A DNA stretch of 64,000 nucleotides from Patescibacteria group bacterium (GTDB taxonomy: Bacteria > Patescibacteriota > UBA1384 > CAJBMM01): contig JBAZWC010000001.1 in the NCBI GenBank assembly GCA_041660565.1, positions 430,481 through 494,480 of the forward strand. Direction: 5' to 3'. Positions within the stretch are counted from its first letter, which is position 1. Each line of letters begins with the position of its first letter. The notes below the pieces were generated by a model. The model was not told the DNA's origin. It made no database searches and worked only from the letters and a program-made list of their open reading frames with translations. A program made the position numbers and the translations under genes. Shown piece by piece: positions 1-9,120 of the stretch.

Positions 1-136
1 ATGCCGGCACCGGTAGTTATGCAATTCAAGTTACTATTGGAGTAATCTTTGGCGCCGGGTACGCTCTACGTTCGTTTGGCGGGCGTTTTGTCACCAAAAT
101 TAAGCACTATCTGCGTAAAAACAAAGACTAAACACC

Positions 137-1894
137 GTGAATCTCAAAATGATGGATAATTTTTCCAAGCTCAAATTTAAGAAAAATTTGTACTATTTTT
201 GGTATTGCTTGATTTTGTTTGCGATTTCTTCTTTTCCGTTAATTTCAAACTGGCTATCTAATCGATATCAGGTAACCGCAGCTGATTTGGTTCTGCCGAT
301 TATTTTGAATTCAATAACCGCGCTGGTGGTTGGTGCAATTTTCTGGCGCCAATACAAACAAAACAACTTAATTGGGGTGCTAACAGGCGGATTTACCATT
401 TTGTTCTTGACGCACCAATTTGCTAATCGATTAAATGCGGCTGGCACATTAATCAAAACAATCACCCCGTTTGCTAGTTATTCCACTGGTGTTTCGTTTT
501 TTCAGTACCTGTTTTTTCTGATACTGGTAATTGCAATCATCATGTATTTCTCGCACCGCCTCATTGCATACTTCCGCAACCAAAAATGGGAATTGGTAAT
601 ATGGTATCGTTCCGTAATAATTACCGTAATTACCATCTTTATTGTTCAATCCATGTTGGTCATTAAAATTGTCATTGCAGAATGGGCGCAATTTAGCTAT
701 CGCCCACCAACCCTTTCGGCAAATTTAAATACGACAAATAAACCAGATATTTATTACATCGTTCTAGACAGATACGCCAATCAAAACGTGCTCAAAACCC
801 AATTCAATTTTGATAACGGGGATTTCTTGAATTATTTGGATAAAAACGGCTTCACAGTAAACAATGACGCGCATAGCAACTATCCTTTTACTACGATGTC
901 TATTTCATCAACGATGAATGCCAACTATCAATCCGATATCGTGCAAAAGTTCGGCGGTGCATCTGAACAAACTTTAGAGCCGTTTCACGATTCAATTAGA
1001 TACAGCTCGGTTATTCAATCGCTCAAAAGTGCGGGATACAAATTTATCCAACTAGGCAGCTGGTATGAAGCCAGTAATCAAGCACCGCTTGCAGATCAGA
1101 ATCACCAACCCGACGGCCAACTTATCATACTAAATCATACTTTTACCCTGAATGATTTTGCCAAAAACCATTTAACTAACTCGTGGATTGGGCAAATTGT
1201 CTCTCGCGGACTAAATATTGGCCATTTTTCTGTACTTGGTTACAGCCAAATTAGCGAAGCAGACGCAACATTATATAAAATCCAACACCTCAAAGATTTT
1301 GCCAGCCAGTCTGCGGGCGGACGAGTAATCTTTGCGCACTTTTTAATCCCCCATGAGCCCTATTTGTTTAACGCCGATGGATCGTATTCCACCAACCCCA
1401 CCAGTGACAGCGTGGGAAAGCCGATCAAAACAAAATATACCGACCAAATTAAATTCATCAATAGTCAGATGAAGACCGTGATCGATCAGATCAATAAATC
1501 AAGTAGCAATCAAGCGATTATTGTTCTGCAAGCAGATGAAGGTGCGTATCCGATGCAAATGAACGGTCAGCTAAACGGGCAAGCGATTGAAGAGGAGTTA
1601 TCGGCAAGTGATATGCGCAACTGGTCGGATGCAGATTTGCAAATGAAATATGGAGTTTTAGCCGCATATCACATTCCAAAAGCTTCTGCGGCCCAAATTC
1701 AAACCAGCGCCGATTCGGTTAATGTGTTTCGGTTAATTTTTAATACCTATTTTGATGCCAAAATGGATTATTTACCCAAATGTTATTATGCTTACCCAAA
1801 CGGGCGCGCACAGTCGTTTGTCTTTGCCGATATTACCAAAAGATTGACAGGTAGTGATAACTCCTCCTGCCCCACCAACAGCAATTTTAAGTAG
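137..1894 (+). CDS. Membrane-anchored sulfatase/alkaline-phosphatase-superfamily (LTA-synthase-like) protein
   Basis: About five N-terminal TM segments, then PDIYYIVLDRY, SNYPFT, FAHFLIPHEPY and IIVLQADEG motifs of the AlkP superfamily. Confidence 0.75.
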   Translation: MNLKMMDNFSKLKFKKNLYYFWYCLILFAISSFPLISNWLSNRYQVTAADLVLPIILNSITALVVGAIFWRQYKQNNLIGVLTGGFTILFLTHQFANRLNAAGTLIKTITPFASYSTGVSFFQYLFFLILVIAIIMYFSHRLIAYFRNQKWELVIWYRSVIITVITIFIVQSMLVIKIVIAEWAQFSYRPPTLSANLNTTNKPDIYYIVLDRYANQNVLKTQFNFDNGDFLNYLDKNGFTVNNDAHSNYPFTTMSISSTMNANYQSDIVQKFGGASEQTLEPFHDSIRYSSVIQSLKSAGYKFIQLGSWYEASNQAPLADQNHQPDGQLIILNHTFTLNDFAKNHLTNSWIGQIVSRGLNIGHFSVLGYSQISEADATLYKIQHLKDFASQSAGGRVIFAHFLIPHEPYLFNADGSYSTNPTSDSVGKPIKTKYTDQIKFINSQMKTVIDQINKSSSNQAIIVLQADEGAYPMQMNGQLNGQAIEEELSASDMRNWSDADLQMKYGVLAAYHIPKASAAQIQTSADSVNVFRLIFNTYFDAKMDYLPKCYYAYPNGRAQSFVFADITKRLTGSDNSSCPTNSNFK

Positions 1895-1917
1895 AGATTA
1901 TTGTCGATTCTATCTTT

Positions 1918-1944
1918 GTCATTCCGGGCTTGACCCGGAATCTA
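1918..1944. repeat. GTCATT-type REP hairpin (family copies at 19521-19547, 25843-25910, 27926-28074, 30161-30248, 33905-33932, 34325-34370, 38363-38432, 40573-40599, 47045-47090, 55844-56136, 61719-61763)
   Basis: gtcattccgggcttgacccggaatcta; near-identical copy at 40573 and reverse copies at 19521 and 38405. Confidence 0.85.
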
Positions 1945-2055
1945 TATAAAGAATTAGCTCCGCACTTGGTCTAGCACGGAGCTGTTGGGGGTGACGGGTC
2001 GGCGCAGCCACCACCATGCTAGTGATGCAGTCGAGTATCCGCCTCTCCTTTTTGC
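1943..2055 (-). pseudogene. Internally deleted remnant of the 3141-3380 gene with its terminator
   Basis: 1943-2005 is identical to 3077-3139 (63 bp); 2004-2051 aligns with 3347-3393 (gene start and SD); about 210 bp between them is missing. Confidence 0.7.
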
Positions 2056-2239
2056 TGCTGACTTATAGCTGGCAGCAGATACAAGATATGTTGACCATAC
2101 AATAGCAAAGATAAATGGTTTTGACACAATGATATTTTGATCAATATGTGTAATTATGATATACTTACGCTGTTTTTCAACGATCGTTCGTTAACATACC
2201 TCTGACACTATCGTACGCCACCCGAAAGGACATACGGAT

Positions 2240-2980
2240 ATGACAGACCAGGTGTTGGACGAGCGTTTTCAGGCAATGAAAACGTTGTTCACGCAGTTGC
2301 CTGAGCTAGTGGAATACCTTGCTCGTAAAGGCAGCATACATTCACAGCAAGTCTGCCAAGCGATCACGGGGAAGCCGGACTATCGGACTGCGCTTGATAA
2401 TGCAGATGACCCATGGATGTTAGCAAGCTTCTTGCGCGTCGAGATGGACACCGAAGTCCTTAGGCTGATCAAGCAATACCTGAACGATCATCCGCAAAAG
2501 TGGCTTCTGGTCTATGCCCGTCCCGCCTGCACAACGGTGCTATGCCCGTACAAGGCAGAGAGCATGTACGCAGTGCTATATCGCAGTCTATCCGAGATGG
2601 TTGACGGTGGAGTTGTCGGTCTCGATGCTACCCAAGTCATCCGATCAATCCTGTGCGATCATGACCAACACGACGCACGACGTTCTTCTTACATGCTTGG
2701 TGCGGCGGCGGTGATCGTCGATCTAACCGAGCAATTGTGCCGTGCCAAGGCAGAACTGGCGGCGCTACGAGACACGCATGACCCAGCGGGTCAGAAACAG
2801 ACCCAATGCATGTTTTGCCCAGACACTGCTGTCTGGGAGCGACATACCCAATTCACTGGCATTCATCCGTTCTGCCAGAAGCATGCTGAGCTCGAATCCG
2901 ACTTCGGTAAGGATGGCGTCGACAACTTCTTCTGGGTGAGGGTTGAGGAGGTTTCCACGGAGGAAACGTGGTCAATCTAG
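2240..2980 (+). CDS. GC-rich orphan protein with C-terminal CxxC...HxxCxxH putative Zn-binding motif
   Basis: 246-aa ORF, SD aaagga, own promoter (ttgatc-17-tatact at 2137-2165), terminator hairpin about 3016-3052. Confidence 0.7.
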   Translation: MTDQVLDERFQAMKTLFTQLPELVEYLARKGSIHSQQVCQAITGKPDYRTALDNADDPWMLASFLRVEMDTEVLRLIKQYLNDHPQKWLLVYARPACTTVLCPYKAESMYAVLYRSLSEMVDGGVVGLDATQVIRSILCDHDQHDARRSSYMLGAAAVIVDLTEQLCRAKAELAALRDTHDPAGQKQTQCMFCPDTAVWERHTQFTGIHPFCQKHAELESDFGKDGVDNFFWVRVEEVSTEETWSI

Positions 2981-3140
2981 GTATCGAAAGCAGATGCCAT
3001 GCCCAATAACCCAAGTGCCCATCGGATCGTCGCTTCCGATGGGCTTCGTTTTACGTCAAGAAATAAGTCTGAAAAATATATAAAGAATTAGCTCCGCACT
3101 TGGTCTAGCACGGAGCTGTTGGGGGTGACGGGTCGGCGCT

Positions 3141-3380
3141 TCATTGTGTCTTGTCTTCCAGGCAGAAAGGCACGCTGTTGCGCGCGATCTCTTCGTCATC
3201 GAACGGACCGAATTCATTACGATACTTGGGGGCGCGACGACGCACCGGTTTGTTGGCTACATCGTCAGGCACGTCTGGTTTTGGATCGGGTAGCTGCTTC
3301 AGCCGCGCCTTCTCCTTCATACGTGCGAGGCGGTGAACCAACCATGCAGCCACCACCACGCCAATGATGCTGTCAAGCAC
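3141..3380 (-). CDS. Small orphan with N-terminal membrane anchor
   Basis: GTG start with SD aaaggag; hydrophobic IIGVVVAAWLV; coupled to the 3373-3603 ORF; terminator 3088-3118. Confidence 0.6.
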   Translation of the reverse strand: MLDSIIGVVVAAWLVHRLARMKEKARLKQLPDPKPDVPDDVANKPVRRRAPKYRNEFGPFDDEEIARNSVPFCLEDKTQ

Positions 3381-3603
3381 GTGGATCTCCTTTCCGTCGC
3401 CTGGGCTCCCGGGGTGCTGGAATCCGGCGGGGTCGTTCTCCCGGTTCGTTGGTTGGTTCGCTGAGATAGGTGGTATGGGTCACGCCTCTTTTGATGATCG
3501 AGGTACCTTGTTTCGGCTTCCAAGTCACGAGCCACACACCAATGCCAGTTAGTGCAACAACGAAGGCAATCATGCCCAACGCCACAAACGCAGTCTGAAG
3601 CAT
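3373..3603 (-). CDS. Small orphan with N-terminal membrane anchor
   Basis: SD aaggag; TM segment AFVALGMIAFVVALTGIGVWLV. Confidence 0.6.
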   Translation of the reverse strand: MLQTAFVALGMIAFVVALTGIGVWLVTWKPKQGTSIIKRGVTHTTYLSEPTNEPGERPRRIPAPREPRRRKGDPRA

Positions 3604-3780
3604 CTCGCGCTCCTTGTCCTATCCGGTACTTATGAAAGTGCACTGCTTCAGCACCAGCTGAGATCTCCCTTCTGCGGAAGTCCTACCGTAGACAGATACT
3701 ATCGTTATATCATATTTTAATCCAATAAAGAATCAGCTCCGAGCGGGTGCACGGAGCTGAAAGAACCAGGAGTCGGGCGT

Positions 3781-4317
3781 CTACCGAGAGGGTTGGTAGT
3801 GTCCGAGCAACCACAGGAAAGCGAACACCTTGTGTTCGACGGGATCGCCCCGGATCACGGCCGTAAAGCGGCGAGCGCCTATCGCGTACTGGTCGAAGAT
3901 GAACTCGGCCGGAATGTCGTCCGGTGTCGGGTGGAGACTGGGGTCGAGTAGGCCCATGAAGTCGGCGGAAACCTCACTGGGGCTGTCAACCGAGATAATC
4001 CACTGGTCCCCGGGTTTCATCACCAGCGTCAGCCCGTCTTTCCGGATAACCTCTACTACCGGCATCATGACGCTACCAGGAATCTCGAATTCGGCAACCA
4101 CGTTCAGGCAACCATTCTCCGCCTGAGCGAACGCATCAAGGCCATTTATCCCCAGGGCATCCGGGACCGCACTCCTGACGAAGTTGAGGCATCTCCAGAA
4201 CTGGCTTCCCAGCCGTTCCAGAACCTCATCCGGCCGATTGGGGCAACTAATGCTGCCTGGAGGGTTGAGTGTCTTCCAGCCATGCAACGATCTACGATCT
4301 ATCTTGGTGCACCGCAT
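3781..4317 (-). CDS. GC-rich hypothetical protein
   Basis: 178-aa ORF, SD gagga, promoter shared with the neighbouring unit, terminator 3731-3760. Confidence 0.7.
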   Translation of the reverse strand: MRCTKIDRRSLHGWKTLNPPGSISCPNRPDEVLERLGSQFWRCLNFVRSAVPDALGINGLDAFAQAENGCLNVVAEFEIPGSVMMPVVEVIRKDGLTLVMKPGDQWIISVDSPSEVSADFMGLLDPSLHPTPDDIPAEFIFDQYAIGARRFTAVIRGDPVEHKVFAFLWLLGHYQPSR

Positions 4318-4457
4318 GATCGTATCCTCTCTGTGAAGGTTCTTGTCGTACGTCAGATACTATCGTTATATCATATTTTCATAAAAAAAAGGGTTTGACG
4401 TCTACCTATTTTGTTTTTCGTGAAAAAATGTTAAAATATGAGTTAGGTGATAAATAA

Positions 4458-4534
<77 letters not shown>

Positions 4535-4704
4535 TATCGCACCATCTTGCGAAATCACTCATTTCAGGCACCCATCTTGCGGAATAACACATTTGGATAC
4601 TCGTTTCACTCGCATCCAATTACAGAATGCTCGCTTTGGTCGCATTCTGAGCGCGTTATTCTACGCAAGTGGATGCTCGCTCGGGCGACGATACGCCCTC
4701 GCTC

Positions 4705-4780
4705 GCACCCATAGCTCAACTGGCAGAGCAGCTCCCTCTTAAGGAGAAGGTTACAGGTTCGATTCCTGTTGGGTGCACCA
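4705..4780 (+). tRNA. tRNA-Lys(CUU)
   Basis: Cloverleaf, loop ctCTTaa, encoded CCA. Confidence 0.95.
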
Positions 4781-4916
4781 AAAATTCGACGTTTATCGTC
4801 GTTTTTTTAATCCCTAAAAAATCCCTTGTTATCCATCGTTTTCCATGAGACAAAAATATTTGACTTTAGACCAGATAAATATTAGCTTAAAGGTATAGTA
4901 ACAAAGAAAGGAAACT

Positions 4917-6065
4917 ATGAAATTTCGCATATTTGTGGTGGCGTTATTCTTGTCCGGATTTATGGCAATCCCAGCCTACGCAGCGGATTTAAAAGCACCT
5001 GAGAGCCCATCCACCAACGTAACCGTTGGCACAGACACGGTTTGGAATAACTTATATGTCGCCGGCTCTAACGTGACTGTTGACGCTCCGGTTTTGAAAG
5101 ATTTGGTTGCAGCTGGCGGCAACGTAACGGTCAATGACCCGGTTGCGCACAGCGTTTTGATCGCTGGTGGCACGGTCTCACTAAAATCAGATGTAGGCCA
5201 GAACGTGCGCGTAATGGGTGGCACGGTTGATATTACCGGCAGCATTGGCGAGGATTTGTTGGTTGCCGGAGGCACCGTTACCATAGATTCAAACACCGTA
5301 GTTAAAGGTGATCTACTAGTAGCCGGTGGCACAGTAACCGTTAACGGTAAGGTTGATGGCACACTCAGAGCAACTGGCGGCGATATCATCATCAACGGAC
5401 AAGTAGGTAAAGACGTTATTGCTAAACAAATCAGCACCCTCGAGCTGGGAAGCACATCAGTTATCGGCGGCAAACTGTCCTATTCATCACCTGTTGAAGC
5501 CACTATTGCCACCACCGCGCGAGTCGTTGGCGGCGTTGATTATCAAAAAATTAGTTACCACAACAACGGCGTGGGTGATTCTTTGGCCGGTTTGTTAGTG
5601 TTTAGCGCCCTAATGAAGGCGTTGGCGTGGCTGGTAATGGCTTTGATTTTAGTTTACGGATTTGCCCGCTCTACCGCACACGTTGTCGAACAAAACAAAA
5701 CCAAATTTGGCTTATCACTAGGCATTGGTTTTATCGCAATTATTGTTGTTCCAGTATCCATCGTCTTATTCACGGTTTCACTAATTGGCTCAAGCTTGGC
5801 CGCTGTTTTAGGATTATTGTTCATTCTTGCTTTAATTCTTTCGGGGGCATTTGCGGCAATCTGGATTGGATCAGAGATCGTACGATTAATATCAAAGTCT
5901 AAAACTGCCCGCCTTGACTGGCTATCGGCACTAATTGGCGTGATTGCATTAATGGTTTTGGGCGTCATTCCGGTGTTGGGTTGGCTTGCTTGCGGTGTAA
6001 TATTCCTATCAACCTTTGGTGTATTAGTACGAATATTATGGTCTCATTTTCCACAAAAGGCCTAA
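4917..6065 (+). CDS. Bactofilin-like/beta-helical GG-repeat membrane protein
   Basis: Signal peptide, repeated DLLVAGGTVTV units, C-terminal multi-TM region. Confidence 0.75.
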   Translation: MKFRIFVVALFLSGFMAIPAYAADLKAPESPSTNVTVGTDTVWNNLYVAGSNVTVDAPVLKDLVAAGGNVTVNDPVAHSVLIAGGTVSLKSDVGQNVRVMGGTVDITGSIGEDLLVAGGTVTIDSNTVVKGDLLVAGGTVTVNGKVDGTLRATGGDIIINGQVGKDVIAKQISTLELGSTSVIGGKLSYSSPVEATIATTARVVGGVDYQKISYHNNGVGDSLAGLLVFSALMKALAWLVMALILVYGFARSTAHVVEQNKTKFGLSLGIGFIAIIVVPVSIVLFTVSLIGSSLAAVLGLLFILALILSGAFAAIWIGSEIVRLISKSKTARLDWLSALIGVIALMVLGVIPVLGWLACGVIFLSTFGVLVRILWSHFPQKA

Positions 6066-6234
6066 CTAGCAACACATTTATAGCTCTGGTTATATTAACG
6101 TATTAACATGTAATCAGGGCAATACTGTTATCAATTAAATAAATATTCGACCTCCCAATCGGTCAAATATATCCAATTTATCCAATTGGAAGATACCATT
6201 AGTTTGAGATTAACTTACGGTTGTGCGCCGACTT

Positions 6235-6852
6235 TTATGAATGCACAATAAATCCGCGAATGATTGGAGAATTTAATAGAATCTTTCGCTTAGATACCCA
6301 TCCGGAAAAATAGTTACGCTCAATTACTTCAATAGTATTACCGTTAATCGAGGTAACCACCGCTGCGTGGCCGGGACGACTCTCGGTTGTAATCAAAACC
6401 GCACCATCTTCCGGAATATTTGAGTTCGGTTTATTCGAGATTGCAGCACCGGAAATGTTGATACCACTAACCGCTCTGGCAAATGGAACACATTGACCGG
6501 ATTCGGGGTACAATTTTACCGCATCAGTTACTGCTAGAATTAGAGAATTGATTTTTTTCGATGCCAAAGCTTTAGCTCTTGCTTCAGCCTGTCTTTTATT
6601 TACAATAGTTTGGTTTGAGTCACCCACAGTAATGGTAAGCGTTTTGGCGACACAAATAGCACCAGCAGATTTCGTTGAAATATTAATTTCACATTCTGGG
6701 TTTGAAGATGGGATATTCTCTGACTGTGCGTGAATTGCGGGCGGTGTTTGAAAAGGTAATGTGCTAATGGCAATTGCCAGTAGCCACCGCGCGGCTTTTG
6801 ACGTACAAATACAAAACTCCTTGTTATACGGAAGAAGAAAGTTAAGCCCCAC
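6235..6852 (-). CDS. Secreted CHAP-domain peptidoglycan hydrolase
   Basis: GQCVPFAR (Cys), GHAAVV (His) and IERNY motifs; start uncertain. Confidence 0.75.
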   Translation of the reverse strand: MGLNFLLPYNKEFCICTSKAARWLLAIAISTLPFQTPPAIHAQSENIPSSNPECEINISTKSAGAICVAKTLTITVGDSNQTIVNKRQAEARAKALASKKINSLILAVTDAVKLYPESGQCVPFARAVSGINISGAAISNKPNSNIPEDGAVLITTESRPGHAAVVTSINGNTIEVIERNYFSGWVSKRKILLNSPIIRGFIVHS

Positions 6853-7090
6853 TCACTTTGTTCTTATCAGTAAGCACAAAAAAAGTATGACATAATCATA
6901 CTTCTACTCATTTCTTACCGACCTATACATTCTACAGCACAGCGCAATAAATGTCAACCCCTTTATGAAAAAATCAGGCGATAATCGGCTCAAGATTATC
7001 TAAGTAACTTAAGTATCTTAGGTTACTTAATGTGCCCGCGAGATAGTTGTCAAAATGGCTATCAATCTTTATAATGAGTTAGGAGAAAAA

Positions 7091-8005
7091 GTGGAAAATA
7101 TCATTACAGTCAAAAATTTGAAGAAAGCTTATGGATCGCTAAAAGCGGTTGATAATATCTCATTTGAGGTCAAAAAAGGTGAAATATTCGGTTTATTAGG
7201 CGAAAACGGCGCCGGCAAAACCACTACTTTAGAAATGATTGAGGGTTTACGAAAGCCCACCAGTGGAGAAATTAAGGTACTAAATTTTGACATTCGCCAC
7301 GATTTATCCAAGATCAAACACATTATCGGTGTCCAGCTTCAGTCTTCGGCCTATTTTGGCTTCCTTACACTGGTTGAAATATTAGATTTATTCGGCAGTT
7401 TTTACCAAAAAACCGTTAATCCGATGGAGTTGTTAGAGCTTGTAGATCTTAAAGACAAGGCAAAATCATACATCAATAACCTATCTGGCGGGCAACGTCA
7501 GCGATTTTCGATTGTGGCAAGCCTGGTAAATGACCCGCAAATTGTCTTTTTAGACGAGCCAACGACCGGCCTAGACCCAATTGCCAGACGTAATTTATGG
7601 GATTTAATCATTAAAATTAAGGCGCAAGGCAAAACTATTGTGTTAACTACCCATTATATGGAAGAGGCCGAAATTTTGTGTGATCGTATTGGCATTATGG
7701 ATTCGGGCAAAATTGTAGCGCTTGATAAAACCCACAATTTGATTGAAAAAGTAAAACATCCCTACAAAATCCACTTCATTACCCCAAACCTATCTCAAAA
7801 ATCGTTTGATGCTCTCAATAAAATTGGCATTTTAGAAGAACTGGCGGGAAAATCGCACCATTATGAGCTCAGATTACACACGAAACACGATCTAAACGAC
7901 TCTTTGTCACTAGTGCAAAAAACCGACCCCGAAAGTCTGTCTGTCGGCCGCGCCAGCTTAGAAGACGTGTTTATTGAACTTACCGGAAAAACATTGAAAG
8001 ATTAA
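7091..8005 (+). CDS. ABC-2 type exporter ATP-binding protein
   Basis: Walker A GENGAGKT, LSGGQ, DEPTTGLD; GTG start after aggag. Confidence 0.92.
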   Translation: MENIITVKNLKKAYGSLKAVDNISFEVKKGEIFGLLGENGAGKTTTLEMIEGLRKPTSGEIKVLNFDIRHDLSKIKHIIGVQLQSSAYFGFLTLVEILDLFGSFYQKTVNPMELLELVDLKDKAKSYINNLSGGQRQRFSIVASLVNDPQIVFLDEPTTGLDPIARRNLWDLIIKIKAQGKTIVLTTHYMEEAEILCDRIGIMDSGKIVALDKTHNLIEKVKHPYKIHFITPNLSQKSFDALNKIGILEELAGKSHHYELRLHTKHDLNDSLSLVQKTDPESLSVGRASLEDVFIELTGKTLKD

Positions 8006-8006
8006 G

Positions 8007-9089
8007 ATGATAAAACTATTTATTGCCGATATTAAATTACTTTTCCGAAACAAACAACAATTGTTTTGGTCACTAATGTTTCCGCTCATTTTCACCGTAA
8101 TATTTGGCTTTTTCTTCGGAAGCGACACCACTTCCGCCGGTACGGTAGCATTAATTAACAATGCCAATACTCCGGTAGCATCATCGCTTGAATCTGTCAT
8201 GAACAGCGCCAAAGTATTCAAGGTACAAAAAGAAACCAACATAGATGATGCCAAAAAATTGCTAAAAAACAGCAAAGTGGTGGCGGTGGTGGTAATCCCA
8301 GCCGATTTTGGGGCGCAATCGGTATCCGCTTCAAAAAATCTACAACTAATTTCCGATCCCGGCAATGCGCAGTCAAATTCGATTGTAAGCGGATTTTTGA
8401 ATCAGTTCCTAACTACCCTCAATTTTCAATCGCAAGGAATCAAACCGATCTATGGCATTGATCAACAAAACACCAGCACCAATACATTTAATTACTTCGA
8501 CTTTGTGCTGGTTGGATTGATTGGAATGGCATTAATGAACAGCTCGGTTCAGGGCGTGGCAATTTCGATGGCGCAATACAGAGACGATCAAATTTTGAAG
8601 CGAGTTACGACCACCCCGTTGCCATCGTGGAAATTTATTATCGCTCAGGTATTATCACGCTTAATTGTGAACGTTATCCAAGTTGGCTTAATTTTGGGAA
8701 TCGGCGTCTACGCTTTCAACGGGCACATTTACGGCAATTTGGGTATGATTTTTGCACTAGCGATGCTTGGTGGGATTTTATTCCAGCTGCTCGGGTTCAC
8801 CGTGGCAAGCTTAACTAAAACCACTCAAGCGGCAGAAGGCATGGCCACCGCGGTTACTATTCCAATGATGTTTTTAGCCGGTGTCTTTTTTCCGATCGAT
8901 TCATTACCAAAATGGCTAAACAGCATTGTGCAGTATCTACCGTTAGCACCGTTATTAAGAATGATCCGAACGGCAGGTTTAGAAGCGGTTTCACCATTCG
9001 AAAATCCGATCAATATAGTGATTGTCTGTGGTTGGATTGTTATCCTATTGGCTATTTCATCTCTCAAATTCAAAATGAACCCGGAATAA
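8007..9089 (+). CDS. ABC-2 type exporter permease
   Basis: TM pattern, FLAGVFFPI motif, directly follows the ATPase. Confidence 0.9.
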   Translation: MIKLFIADIKLLFRNKQQLFWSLMFPLIFTVIFGFFFGSDTTSAGTVALINNANTPVASSLESVMNSAKVFKVQKETNIDDAKKLLKNSKVVAVVVIPADFGAQSVSASKNLQLISDPGNAQSNSIVSGFLNQFLTTLNFQSQGIKPIYGIDQQNTSTNTFNYFDFVLVGLIGMALMNSSVQGVAISMAQYRDDQILKRVTTTPLPSWKFIIAQVLSRLIVNVIQVGLILGIGVYAFNGHIYGNLGMIFALAMLGGILFQLLGFTVASLTKTTQAAEGMATAVTIPMMFLAGVFFPIDSLPKWLNSIVQYLPLAPLLRMIRTAGLEAVSPFENPINIVIVCGWIVILLAISSLKFKMNPE

Positions 9090-9120
9090 GCAACGATCTC
9101 GAGCAAATATCGTAATGGTT

